DNA of 64,000 nt from Mobula hypostoma (taxonomy: Eukaryota): positions 196,604,001 through 196,668,000 of the forward strand of contig NC_086097.1 of assembly GCF_963921235.1 (NCBI RefSeq), read 5' to 3'. This document shows, piece by piece, positions 26,560 through 39,093 of this stretch. How positions within the stretch are numbered: position 1 is the first letter of the stretch; every line of letters begins with the position of its first letter. The translations under genes and the position numbers were made by a program. The notes below the pieces were generated by a model. It saw nothing but the letters and a program-made list of their open reading frames with translations. It was not told the origin of the DNA and ran no database searches.

Positions 26560-28515
26560 TACATATGGTGAAGCTGACTTGATAGGAGCTGACAAGGGAG
26601 GTTGAGGACTGCATAAAAGCAAAGAAAAGGACATGTAAGGTAGCAAAAGTGAGTGGGAAGTTGGATGATTAGGAAGCTTTTAAAACCCAACAAAAGGCAA
26701 CTAAAAAGCCATAAATGAAAAGCTGAAATATGTGGGCAAACTAGCCAATAAGATAAAGCAAGATACTAGAAGTATTTTTTTCAGTTATATAACGACAAAA
26801 AGGGAGGTGAGAGTTGATAGTGGACCACTGGAAAATGATGCTGGTGAGGTAGTAATGGGGGACAAAGAAATGGCAGATTAACTTAATCGACACTTTGCAT
26901 CTGTCTTCTCTGTGGAAGACACTAACAGTGTGCCAGACGTCTGTGAGTGTCAAGGAGTAGGAGTGAGTACTATTGCTGTTACAAAAGAAAAATTGCTAAG
27001 CAGATTGAAAGGTCTTAAAGTGAATAAGTCACCTGGACCAGATGGACTACATCCCAAAGTCCTGAGAGAGGTTGATGAAGAGATAATGGATGCATTGGTT
27101 ATGATCCTTCAAGAATCACTTGACTCTGTCATGGTCCTGGCGTACTGGAAAATTGCAAAAGTCACTCCACTCTTTATGAAGGGAGGAAGGCAAAAGAAAG
27201 GAAATTATAGTCCGGTTAGCCTAAACTCAGTAGTTGGGAAAGTGTTGGAGTCGATTATTAAGGATGAGATTGCAAGGTACTTGGAGACCAATGATAAAAT
27301 AAGTCAACTCTGCATGATTTCCATCAAGGGAAATCTTGCCTGACAAATCTGTATGAGTTCTTTGAGGAAGTAACAAGCAGAATGCACAAAGGAGAGGCAG
27401 TGGATGTCATTTACTTGGATTTTTAGAAGGCATTTCTAAGGTGCCACACATGAAGGCTGCTTAACAAGATAAAAATCCTATGGTGTTCCAGGAAAGATAC
27501 TGGCATAGATAGCGGAATGGCTGACAGGTAGGAGGCAGCTAGTGGGAGTAAAGGGATCCTTTCTTGTTGACAAGTGGTGGTCCTCAGGAGTTAGTATTGT
27601 GACCATTACTTTTCCCATTGTTTGTCAATGATTTGGATATTGGAATTGATGGTTTTGTGGAGGGGTAAGTAGTGCCAAGGATGCAATGCAATTGCAGCAG
27701 GACTTAAGACAAATTGGAAGAATGGGCAAAAAACTGGCAGATGGAATACAGTATTGGGAAATATATGATAATGCACTTTAGTAAAAGGAACAATAGTGTG
27801 GACTATTATCTAAGTGGGGAGAAGGTTCAAACATCAAGGGTGCAGGGGGACTTAGGAGTCCTTGTGCAAGACTCTCAGTTAATTTACAGATTGAGTCTGT
27901 GGCAAAGGAGGCAAATGCAATGTTGGCATTAATATCAAGGGGAAGAGAATATAAAAGCAAGGAGATAATGCTGAGCCTTTATCAGAAACTAGTAAGGCTA
28001 CACTTGGAGTATTGTCAACAGTTTTGGGCCTCATATCTCAGAAAGGATACACTGTCATTGGAAAGAGTCCAGAGGAGGTTCACAAGGATAATTCCGGGAA
28101 TGAACGGGTTAACATTTTTGACCTGCACTCACTGGAATTTAGAAGAATGTGGGGGGATCTCAATGTTCAAAGGACTAGATAGGGTGGATGTGGAGATGAT
28201 TTTACCTTTGGTGGGGGTATCCAGAACTGGAGGGCATTGCCTCAATATTGAGGGACGTCCTTTTAGAACAGAGATAAAGAGGAATTTTTTTAGCCAGAGA
28301 GTAGTGAATTTGTGGAATGCTCTGCCATAGACTGTGGTGGAGGCCAAGTCCGTGGGTATATTTAAGGCAGTTGATAGTTTCCTGATTGGTCAGGGCATCA
28401 AAGGATATGGTGAGAAGGCAGCTGTATGGGGTTTAGTGGGATCCAGGATCAGCCATGATGGAATGAAGGAGAAGACCTGATGGGCCGAATGGCCTAATAC
28501 TGCACCTATGTCTAA
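26560..28515 (+). mobile_element. CR1-clade LINE, degenerate ORF2 RT region to 3' end
   Basis: SPGPDGLHP, NY.PVSL.SVVGK, LEYCQQFW, FFSQRVVNLWNALP; many stops; same subfamily as 30855-36400. Confidence 0.9.
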
Positions 28516-29311
28516 TGGGGCCCAGGATTTAAATAATAATGACTACTTCTAAGCTATTACTTTGATTGTCCAACAAAGTAATTGTATAAAAATTAATGCC
28601 ACAATCTATTTTCATATGAGTGGATAAATTCACTCATTGATGATTAAATGAGTCCACCTCAAAAGACTGGAAGATTAAAATCTGAACATAAAATCTGTCA
28701 TAACTTTTCCATGAAATCCATGAAGCATCATGGATAATTTTATAATATTATGAAGTAAAATGTAAATAACATTTTGGGATGTGGCTCAAACTTACAGCAA
28801 GATTTACCATCTTTGACCTAATTAAAAGAATAGAAGAGCACAACTATTCACCTCCTTTCCCTTCCAAAACAACTCTTCAATAGAGAATATGAGTATAAGA
28901 ATGGGATTAATGTATGCTGAAGTCTCTACCATTCTATGATCCAAATGCAAATACCAAGGTCATCTAGAAGAACCAGGTTAGACATGAATTGCTGCCTATT
29001 TTCACACCCAATTTAACCACCAAAAATAAGAAGGAATTATTCTGGAATTATTATTGACCATGGGGAAAATGTATAAAATATGTAACTATTAAGAGATTTT
29101 TGTAAATTCAATGTATTATGACTTGCAGCCCAAAAGCCTAAAAAATCTATGATTTGCATCTAAACGCATTATAAAAAATAAGATTGTGTTTAAATAGCAC
29201 TGGAGCTTAAGTACCGCCACCTTCTACTATTTAATTTGCACACTAAAGCCTCTTGATTGAAATGGATGTGTTAAAATGTTGTGTGAAAATTTCAATTTGA
29301 TTTATTACTTT

Positions 29312-30152
29312 AACTGCTCAAGGGTTCATTTATTATCAAAGAATACAACTTTTCTCCAGAAATTCTTCTTCCCTAGAAAGCCACAAAATCATGAAAGAAA
29401 AGAATGGCAGCACGATCGTCAGCCCCTAAAGCCCTCCTCCCGCACAAAAAAAACAAACAAAAACGGAACAGACACAACGACACCCTATAATCCCCCTCCC
29501 CACACACACAAAAACAGCGAGAAAGATCAGGGGAGAAACACAGAATATAAAAAACAAGAAGACTGAAAAAAGTCTATAGTCCAAGTCCATATCCAAAACA
29601 CAGAAAACCTGGGTAACATTCTCAGGGCCCAGCGACAGGCATTTCCCTCTCTATAGTAGAGCAATCCCACAGGCAATCAAAAGGCAGTCTCCCCTCTCCG
29701 ATATTAGAGCAAACCCACCAGCCTTCAAAAGGCAGTCAACCCTCTCCAAGAGTAGAGTGAACCCACAAATGATCAAAAGACAGGCAGCCTGCGCTCACCT
29801 TCTATATTCGCCTTGACGTTCCAAACTCCCTCATCACTTTAATTGACTAACAATGAAAGTTTTAATCCGCAAAATAAAATTGAACATCAATTCACACCCT
29901 GCAGCCTTCTCGACGCAAGGTTCGCACACACTGCCTCTGCCTCCTGGAATCCTCGAGGAGACTGCAGAGCGCTGAAATACCCAAATGATCTCCGAACTGC
30001 AAATCACAGACTCCAAAGGTTCCACAATCACATTCAAGATGAAAAGCAAATGTAAAAGACATAAAAGAAGTGAAATATATGGTTTCAAGATCGATCCAGA
30101 AGATGTCAACCAAAGGAGCGTTGTACACAGGCACTATCTTAACCGGAAGTCC
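29312..30152 (-). mobile_element. Non-coding retroposon-like repeat with an internal minisatellite
   Basis: Minus strand starts acttccggttaagatagtg and ends tttgataataaatgaacccttgag. Confidence 0.5.
29645..29790. repeat. Three diverged tandem copies of a ~47-bp unit
   Basis: Unit ccctct....agtagag..a.cccac.....tcaaaaggcagtc starts at about 29645, 29692 and 29740. Confidence 0.8.
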
Positions 30153-32994
30153 ATTCAGTAAATAATATTCATTGTACATTATACTGGTCACCAATTTCTT
30201 TTCAATTTGAAGACTATCAGTTTAGGTTTTCAGAATTATCACAGGAATTCTGGTCTATAATCGTGGAAGTTGCAAACAGACCCTGATCTGTGAAATCCAA
30301 ATAGTATGCCACTTCATAAAATCAATAAATGTAACAGTATTCTTTATTGGAGGATTAATGAAGTACTATACAGACAAAGGTGCTTTATTTTGGATAACAT
30401 TGAATCAAAACCTTGCTTGTGCTCTCTGTTGCAACTAAAAGATCTTAAGCACTCTTCAAAAAAGGGAGAAGTTCCTGAGTGTCCTTGTTAATATTTGCAT
30501 CTTTCCTCCATGTTACTTGACATTTATTTGTCACTAATTGTGACACCTTGTTCTGCATATATTTCACTAAATGACAACAGTAGATCGTCTTCAAAAGCTG
30601 TGTCACTAGCTGCAAAGCAATTTGTGACAGCCAGAGGCTGTGATATCTACTATATAAATGCGAGTATTTTCTATATACTGTCAGATGACAAGCGATAAAG
30701 TGATTTTAATGCTGAAATACTCGTGCTGACCTGCTGAGTGAATGTGGTGAAATTTGTATTCAAGTTGTCAAATACATAGTCTCAACCAATTTACTTCTTA
30801 TAAATACCTGGAACTCACAACATAGTATTTTAAAGAAATGTTATTTATAGTATGTGGGTTTGAGATTCCAAAGGGAGCTGAAAAAGGCATGTAATAAGGG
30901 TAAATACACAATTATAATGAGGGACTTCAATATGTAAGGGGATTGGGAAAATCAGGATAGTGTTAGATCAGAAGAGAGGGAATCTGTCGAATGCCTACAA
31001 GTTGGCTTTTTAGAGCAGTGTGCTCGAGCCTACTCAGGGAAAGGCTATCTTAGATTGGGTGTTATATAATCACTCTGAGCTTATTAGGGAGCTTAACGTA
31101 AAGGAGCCCTTAGGAGGTGATCAGAATATGATTGAATTCACATTGCAATTTGAGAGGGAGAAGCATAACACCCATGCATCTGTATCACAATGGAATAAAG
31201 GGAATTACAGAAGCTTGAAAGAGGAGCTTGCCCAGGTGGAGGAGGATACTGTCAGGGATAATAGCAGAGCAGAGATGGCTGAAGTTTCTGGGGATAGTTC
31301 ACAAGGCACAGGATAGAGATGTCTCACAGAAGAAGTTGTTCTGTGGGGTAGGGGTAGGTAACCGTGACTGAAAAGGAAGTTAAGGACTGCATAAAAGCCA
31401 AGTAAAGGGCATGTAAGTTAGCAAAAGTGAGTGGGAAGTTGGATGAATGGAAAACTTTTAGAGTCCAACAACAGGCAACTAAAAAAGCTATACGAGGGGA
31501 AAAGATGAAATGAGGACAGACTAGCCAATAATATAAAGCAGGATACCAAAAGACTTTTCAGTTACATAAAGAGTAAAAGGAAGGTGTGAGTTGATATTGA
31601 ACCAATGGAAAATGATGCTGGTGAGGTAGTAATTGGGGGATAAAGAAACGCAAATGAACCTAATGGGTATTTTACATCAGTCTTTTCTGTTGAAGACACT
31701 AGCATTGTGCCAGAGGTCGATGAGTGTCAGGGAGCAGAAATGAGTGCCATTGCTATTACAAGGGAAAAAGTGCTAGGCAAACTGATAGGTTTTAAGGTGA
31801 ATAAGTCACCTGAACCAGACGGACTACATCCCAAAGTCCTGAGAGAGGTTGCTGAAGAGATAACGGATGCATTGGTCATGATCCTTCAAGAATCACTTGA
31901 TTCTGGCATGATCCCGGAGGACTGAAAAATTGCAAATGTCACTCCACTCTTTAAGAAGGGAGGAAGGCAAAAGAAAGGAAATTATAGGCCAGTTAGCCTA
32001 ACCTCAGTAGTTGGGAAAGTGTTGGAGTCTATTATTAAGGATGAGGTTTCAAGGTACTTGGAGACTAATGATAAAAGACGTCAAAGTCAGCATGGTTTCT
32101 GTAAAGGGAAATGTTGCCCGACAAATCTGTTAAAGTTCTTCAAGGAAGTAACATGCAGGGTGGACAAAGGAGAGGCAGTGGATGTCATCTACTTGGATTT
32201 TTAGAAGGCTTGATAAGGTGCCACACATGAGGCTGTTTAACAAGATAAAATCCTGTGGCATTACAGGAAAGATACTGGCAATGAATAGTGGAATGGCTGA
32301 CAGGCAGGAGGCAGTGAGTGGGAATAAATGGGGCCTTTTCTGGTTGGCTGCCAGTGACTAGTGGTGTTCCTCAAGGGTCAGTATTGGGACCACTGCTTTT
32401 CACGTTGTTTGTCAGTGATCTGAATAATGCAATTGATGGCTTTGTGGCAGTTTGTGGACGATACAAGGATAGGTGGAGAGGTAGGTAGAGCTGAGGAAGC
32501 AGGTCTTAGACAAATTGGAAGAATGGGCAAAAAACTGGCAGATGGAATACAATGTTGGGACATGTATGACGATATATTTTGGTAAAAGGAACAATAGTGT
32601 GGACTATTACCTAAGTGGGGAGAAGGTTCAAACATCAGGGGTGCAGAAGGACTTAGGAGTCCTCGTGCAAGACTCGCAGAAGGTTAATTTACAGGTTGAG
32701 TCTGTGGTAAAGAAGGCAAATGCAACGTTGACATTTATTTTAAGGGGAATTTAAAGCAAGGAGATAATGTTGAGTCTTTATAGGACATTAGTAAGGCTGC
32801 ACTTGGAGTATTGTCAACAGTTTTGGGCCCCATATCTCAGAAAGGCTATTTTGTAATTAGAGAAAGTTCAGGGGAGGTTCACGAGGATGATTCTGAGAAT
32901 GAAGGGGTTAATATATGAGGAGTGTTTGGCAGCTTTTGGCCTGTACTCACTGGAATTTAGAAGAATGCGGGGGGATCTCATTGAAACCTACTGA

Positions 32995-35900
32995 CAGTGG
33001 CGTGTCTAAGGTATGGCAGATATGGCACGTGCCCTGGGAGCCACTTGAAGGGGGGGCACCACTGAGCAGTTTCTATTAAAGTCAGACAAGCCATCCTCGG
33101 ATATTGAAAAAAGAATTTAAGAATTTTCTTCAGATGTATGATCTGCCTTTGATTATCATGGGTGAGAAGCACTAGGATGGCCTTATTTCAGAGCATTGTG
33201 TTAGAAGACCATGAAACGTTTCTTCACGAAGAAGAAGGAAAGCGGAGCTGAAGGACAGAAGAGACGAAAGTTGGAGGCGGAGGAAGCCAAGAAGTCGAGC
33301 AAGTTCTTCATGCCCTTCTTTGAAAAGCCCGGAACAAGTAGTTTGACACGTTCCATGGAGTCGCCTGCACCTGCTACAAGTTTGTTAGAATCCGAAGGTG
33401 GGTCAAGTACAAATGTGTCACATGCCGAGGAGGAGGTCAAGTCAAATAAATCCGAGTATGATGAGATTAAGAGTGCGGCTGCCACAGAGAACGTGGACAT
33501 GACAGCAGGGAAGATGATAATGGGGGTGGTGATGTTGAGTTTATTGACGAGATTTTACCTGATGAGATTGAACCTGACGACACTGAACCTAGTGAACTGG
33601 ATGGTGTCAAAGAGCCTCGAACTGTCATACCAGAAATGATTGAACAGCATGACATTGGACTTCTGAAGTTCGACAAGGATACTGGAAAAGCAATTCTGCC
33701 TGACGCGTTGAGAACAGAAATAATAAAGCTGGGTTTGAAGTATCTCCAGAACAGTGAGGGGCCTTTCCTACCAACAAATAACCACTCAATGAACAAAACT
33801 TGGTTCATGAGGAAATTGGGAAATGGTCGTGGTGAGGAAGTGACTCGCTCATGGCTGGTCTATTCCCCTTCTAAGAAGTCTGCATTTTGTGTCTGTTGTC
33901 TTCTCTATTCCCAGTCAGACCATCAATACTCATTGGAGCAGGAAAGTGGATTCAACCAGCGGAAAGCACCTGAAAGGATTAGTGTTCATGAAAATGCCAA
34001 GAATCACCGGGAATGCTTCACACAGTGGAAAGAAATGGAAAGAAATTTAGCTTGAAACAGAGGAGTTATTGACGTGGTATTTCAGTCACAGATTGAGAAG
34101 GAAAAGCAGAAGTGGCGTGATATCTTGACGAGAATCCTTCACTGCATAAAATTCCTTGTGACTCAGAACCTGGCTTTGTGAGGACACTGAGAGTCACTTC
34201 AGTTAGACGATGACTCCAATGTGGGAAATTTCCTTGGCTTACTGAAACTACTGGCCATCTTTGACCCTGTCATAAAAGAACACCTGAGTCATTTGGAAAG
34301 TCATCCTGGATCCACGTCTTATCTTTCACCAGGTGTCTGGAATGAATTCATCCATATGATGGCATCCACTATTCGCCAGGGTTTACTGAGAAGCACTCGT
34401 AAAGCCAAGTACTATGGTCTCATGTTTGACTCGACTCCTGATCAGGCACACAATGAGCAGATGTCAGAAGTTGTGAGGTATGTGGAAGCTGATTTTGAGA
34501 GGAAAACAGTATGTGTTAGAGAGTCCTTCCTTGGTTTTATCCAGATAAACCAGAAGAATGCTGAGAGCTTGGTTGAAGACATCTTGAAACAGCTAGAGAA
34601 GGACAAAATGGAGCTTCAAGATTGTCGGTCACAGTGATATGACAACGCTGCTGTGATGGCTGGACACAGAAGTGGTGTTCATCAAAGAATAAGTGAGAAA
34701 AACAACCTAGCAGTGTTTGTGAATTGCGACAATCATTCACTCAACTTGGTGGGAGTACGTGCAGCCAAGCAGGATACAATGATGGTCACGTTTTTTGGAA
34801 CCACCGAAGCTCTCTACGTGTTTTTCTCTCGTTCAACACAGCACTGGGAAAAATTCAAAAATGCCGTGTCTGTGGTTGTTAAGTCGGAATCCAAAACCAG
34901 GTGGAACGCAAGGACAGAAGCAGTGAAGCCCATCAACAAGTATCTTGAGGAGATACTTCAAGTTCTCCAGGACATGATAGATAATGAAAACAAGACCAGT
35001 GAAACAAGAAGGGATGCAAGGTAACTGTACAACCACATGTTGAGTTACAATTTTCTGATTTTGCTAGGATTTTGGAACAATCTACTCATTCGTATTGACC
35101 ATATTCAAAAGGGGCTGCAGGATCCCAGCATGAACTTCCACGATGCTGCCCTGGATTTGAAAGCCCTCTGAGATCATTTTTATGATGAAAGAGAAGTGTT
35201 GGTCAGTGAGTCACTCGAAGAAGGAGTCGGTCTCTGTCAAGAATGGAATATTGAAGTTGAAAGACGTCAGAGACGAAAGAAATGAATGGCTGATGAGAAC
35301 TTGAGAGACGCTGGGTTAACAGCTAAGGAGGAAATGGAAAGAGTCATGAAGGGAACACTCAACCGTCTTCACAGAGAAATGGATGAAAGGTTCGCTCGTT
35401 TGCACGACACTGACGCCAAGTTTGGGTTCCTTCTCGATGTCGAGGGACTGTGTTATGGCACCGACAGTAACGACCTAAAGAAGAAGTGCGAAAATTTGGG
35501 CGAATTGTAAAGCTCTTATGTTGATGGACAGCAGCAATATGAAGAAATTTTGGATTGCAGAATGTTGCTATCAAGGCAGGTCAACATGAAAATATCAAGA
35601 CCTGAAGAGCTTCTTGAATTTATTGTTCAGTATGAAGATGAGAGCATCTTCCCCACTCTTTGCATTGCTATTCAGATAATGCTAACCATTGCAGCTTCCA
35701 TCGCCAGCTGTGAGAGATTATTCAGCAAGTTAAAACTAATACTTTCGTATTTGAGAGCTTCCATGGGTCAAGGCAGACTCTGTGATCTTGCTCTGCTGAG
35801 TGTAGAAAGAGAAGAAACTGAAAAAACTGACCTTGATCACATCATAGACCAATTTGCATCCGTGAAAGCAAGGAAGGTGCAGTTATAATTTTCATGTAGT

Positions 35901-36054
35901 GCCATAATTTGTTAATTAAAAGATTAAAGAGTTTGACTTCTAATTTTGAGTTGATATTATGGTAAAGTTATCTAAAAGATGGGTGTCAAATGTTTGGACA
36001 GGGGCGCAATTTCAGTGCTTGCCATAGGTGCTATTTTCCAGAGATACGCCCCTG
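32995..36054 (+). mobile_element. hAT DNA transposon (Tip100/ZMYM1-like group), full length, 3060 bp
   Basis: 8-bp TSD cctactga (32987-32994) / cctaccga (36055-36062); TIRs cagtggcgtgtct versus reverse complement caggggcgtatct. Confidence 0.95.
33211..35888 (+). pseudogene. hAT transposase, fragmented by stops and frameshifts
   Basis: RSWLVYS...AFCVCC (TTF-type zinc finger), HE...H, GNFLGLLKLLA.FD (DUF4371-like), MFDSTPD, YDNAAVMAG, CDNHSLNL (CxxH), TRW, ASCERLFSKLKLI..YLR.SM.Q.RL..LALLS.E (dimerisation domain). Confidence 0.93.
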
Positions 36055-36470
36055 CCTACCGAATGTTGAAAGGGCTAGATAGGGTGGATGTGGAGTGGTT
36101 ATTTCCTTTGCTGGGGGTATCCAGAACTAGAGGGCACAGCCTCAAAATTGAGGAGTGACCTCTTAGAGGCATGGAGTAATAAATCTGTGGAACGCTTTGC
36201 CGCAGACAGCGGAGGAGGCCAAGTCCGTGGACATATTTAAGGCAGAAGTTAATCGCTTCCTGATTAGTCAGGGCATCAATGCATATGGCGAGAAGGCAGG
36301 TGTACAGGCTTGAGTGGGATCTGGGATAAGCCATACTGGAATAGCAGAACAGACTCAATGGGCTGAATGGCCTAATTCTGCTTCTGTGTTTTATGGTCTT
36401 ATCAGTAAGAACTGCTTAACAATTCAGACCAATTGAGACGATCTGAAAATTTCAAACATAGCCTGTTTAC

Positions 36471-36544
36471 CTTCTTCGTAGCTCGGTGTTCTTAATAACT
36501 TTGAGCATATACAACAAGGGAGTCCACATCCAGAGGCCATGCTC
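36471..36544 (-). CDS. Candidate host-gene exon (74 bp), probably containing the start codon: MASGCGLPCCICSKLLRTPSYEE
   Basis: Minus strand: TACTAAC branch point (36579-36573), pyrimidine tract, AAG acceptor, AGCATGG Kozak (ATG at 36540), donor AG|GTAAAC; lies outside recognisable repeats. A second frame (EHGLWMWTPLLYMLKVIKNTELRR) is also open. Confidence 0.55.
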
Positions 36545-36624
36545 CTTGAGACAGGACAAAACAGCGCAAAAAGTTAGTAGCTTCAAATTAGAAAACAAAT
36601 GGAAGGTGATTTAAATTGATAAAT

Positions 36625-37040
36625 TACTTTATAATTGTCATATGTACTGAGGTACAGTGAAAAACCTGACTTCTTTACCCTCCATACACGTCAACTCATT
36701 ACAACAGTACATTAAAGTAGTACAAAGTAAAAGGTAACATAGTGTCACGGTACAGAGAAAGTGCAGTGAGGTGCAAGATCAAAATGAGGTATATTGTGAC
36801 GTCAAGAGTCCAGCTTATTTTATGGGGAACCATTCAGCAGGATAGAGGTTGTCCTTAAGGCTGGTAGTATGTGCTTTCAAAGCTTTTGTACTTTCTGTCT
36901 GATGGGAGATGGGAGAAGACAGAAAGTCTGGTGTGGGTGGGATCTTTGATTATGGTGGCTGCCTTGCCAAGGAAGTGAGAACTGCAGACGAAGTCCATGG
37001 AGGGAGGCTGGTTTCCATGATGTAATAAGCTATGTCCACA
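36625..37040 (-). mobile_element. Rex1/Babar-like 3' fragment
   Basis: Minus-strand KAATIIKDPTH....FS.LPS.RKYKS relic, matching the C-terminal motif of the 9449-10030 ORF; followed by a 3' tail. Confidence 0.65.
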
Positions 37041-37637
37041 AGTCAAGTGACTGGTTATAGTTCAGAATATAGGTCATAATCAAAAGCAGGACTGTAAGCA
37101 ACACAAAACAGGAGAAGTGCTTAAATCCTGAAACAATTCATCACTAAGGAAGCTGGTACTGAAACACAACACCACCATGACAAAACTCTTATTTAACTGA
37201 ACAGCCTCAGACAAAATGAATTCAGTATACGCAGAAAGAAAGAACTCCCCACAGTTGGTTCTTACTGCCCAGCGAAACAAAAACAAAAGACAAACTCTGA
37301 GCTCAATCACTTTCAGTCATTAAAATAAAGAATAAATCCTTCAAAATGTGTGCCTGAAAGGGCTTATCTGTCCTTCAAGAGCTTATTTGCACTTCAAAAG
37401 TTTGCCCCACCCTTCCCCCTCACCAACCCTCAAACTCTTAACATAAACCTTGTGATTGGTACATTTAAATAATGAGGAGGAGATAAATGGTGATTTATGT
37501 GCCAGTTTATTTTCTTTCTTCCTCTGGATGAATTGCTGAATTTGTAAGCAATACTTCATCAAACTGTTCACTCTTCAGATCCAAGGCTCCGGAAATGCTC
37601 GGACGTTGAACAACTCCCGTTTTTAATCTGTACTCAC

Positions 37638-37707
37638 GTCATCCTTCAAGTCAACGGTTGACTGAATAACCATGTGACTTCTAACTCTTCAGTCTATACC
37701 CAAAGAC
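37638..37707 (-). other. Candidate 5'-UTR exon (70 bp)
   Basis: Minus strand ctcttgtttAG|gtc...gac|GTGAGT; all three frames contain stops; lies 1.1 kb upstream of the 36471-36544 exon. Confidence 0.35.
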
Positions 37708-38872
37708 CTAAACAAGAGCTTGCGTTTTAAGTGTTTCTACAGGGCCGCATGCCCCATGGTCAAAAACAGTCAAATGTCAAATGCATTTGGTATAACAGCT
37801 CAGTTAATTTACATTTTCTTTTCCCCATATGACCTTTACCTCAGACTCCAAGCCTTCAACAAATGCTTGAAATAGAAATGATCCCTTTTCTTGGATCAAT
37901 TTTGAAACTTAACTACAAATAAATCTACAGAAACTTGATTTTTCTTAATGTGCATTTTATGTAGTAGAGTATAAATATACTTGAGTACAATGACCTTCAA
38001 TACTACTGTCATCGGCCAGCATTACAGTAGTTTTCAAATATACACAACAGTTGCATATCTTGATTTTCAGAAAAATGTCAAATTAGATCGATAAATAGAT
38101 CACAAAACAGGGAAACAGTTTGGAAAACTGCTGCACTTGTTATATTTGGCAAGTTTTGTCTTGACTTACAGAGTAAACTTATTTAAATATAAGCATTTCA
38201 ATGTATGTACTTCCAGAATGCCTTTACTGAACAGAACATTTTTATTAACTGTTTTGAGGCTGTCCGACATACAGTAAATAACAAAAACGTGACATATTTG
38301 AGTAACTTTTTAGATTTTAAACCTACAATGAAAACAAAAAAAAATCCAGCCCAGTCATTAGTAACCCGGGTGGTAGACAACAACCCAATTCACTTCAACA
38401 ACCATGGCTGCATGCTGTGCACATCACATTACTGAGAATTCCAGATGACCCAAGAGAGAAAAAAAACTGTTGAACCAAAGTAGAGAGTCAGCATTCCAAC
38501 TGAATGCCATTGCTAGAGTTGGTAATTAGGTCAATAATGTATGATGGGCTAGTTTATCTACAGGAAAGCAGCTGAACAGAGCAAGTCAAAAGACACAGGC
38601 AAGAAATTTTAACTTGAAACTTGACGTGCACCTTCAATACTATTGTTTGAAAAGCTCAATGATAGACTTACCATCAGTGCCATGAGCAAAACAATTTTGT
38701 TTCACTATCCCTGGTGCAATTAATATAAGCATTTAGTGCCAATTGAAAATAAACAGTGGCTCCAAAAAAACATGCACTCATGCTTAAAAGCCACTTTTGT
38801 GATTATCCCAAAGGCTTGCATGTCTCACAGAAAGTGTCTTACTTATGCACAAGTAGGTCACATATAATCTTT

Positions 38873-39093
38873 AAACAACAGGAATTCTGCAGATGCTGGA
38901 AATTCAAACAACACACATAAAAGTTGCTGGTGAACGCAGCAGGCCAGGCAGCATCTCTCGGAAGAGGTGCAGTCGACGTTTCAGGCCGAGACCCTTCGTC
39001 AGACGAAGGGTCTCGGCCTGAAACGTCGACTGCACCTCTTCCTAGAGATGCTGCCTGGCCTGCTGCGTTCACCAGCAACTTTTATGTGTTTTG
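38873..39093 (-). mobile_element. Penelope-derived fold-back insertion, copy 2 (177-bp near-perfect palindrome)
   Basis: 88-bp arms at 38913-39000 and 39002-39089 with one mismatch (38959) and a 1-nt spacer; 14-bp TSD cacatataatcttt at 38859-38872 and 39094-39107; minus strand reads CTGACGA-AGG-gtctcgg-CCT-GAAA-CG-TC. Confidence 0.92.

Larger units (their letters stand above)
30855..36400 (+). mobile_element. CR1-clade LINE, degenerate ORF2 (APE end to 3' end), interrupted by a hAT element
   Basis: EPT.GKAILDWVL, SQHGFCKGK, AVDVIYLDF; sequence ctcattgaaacctac-cgaatgttgaaagg continues across the hAT insertion. Confidence 0.9.

Noticed and set aside
29645..29790. CRISPR-like periodic repeat
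   Set aside because: Eukaryotic context, the whole unit is repeated with no unique spacers, and there are no cas genes.
33211..35888. Domesticated ZMYM1/ZBED-type host gene
   Set aside because: Multiple stops and frameshifts, intact TIRs and TSD, and insertion inside a CR1 show a decayed transposon.
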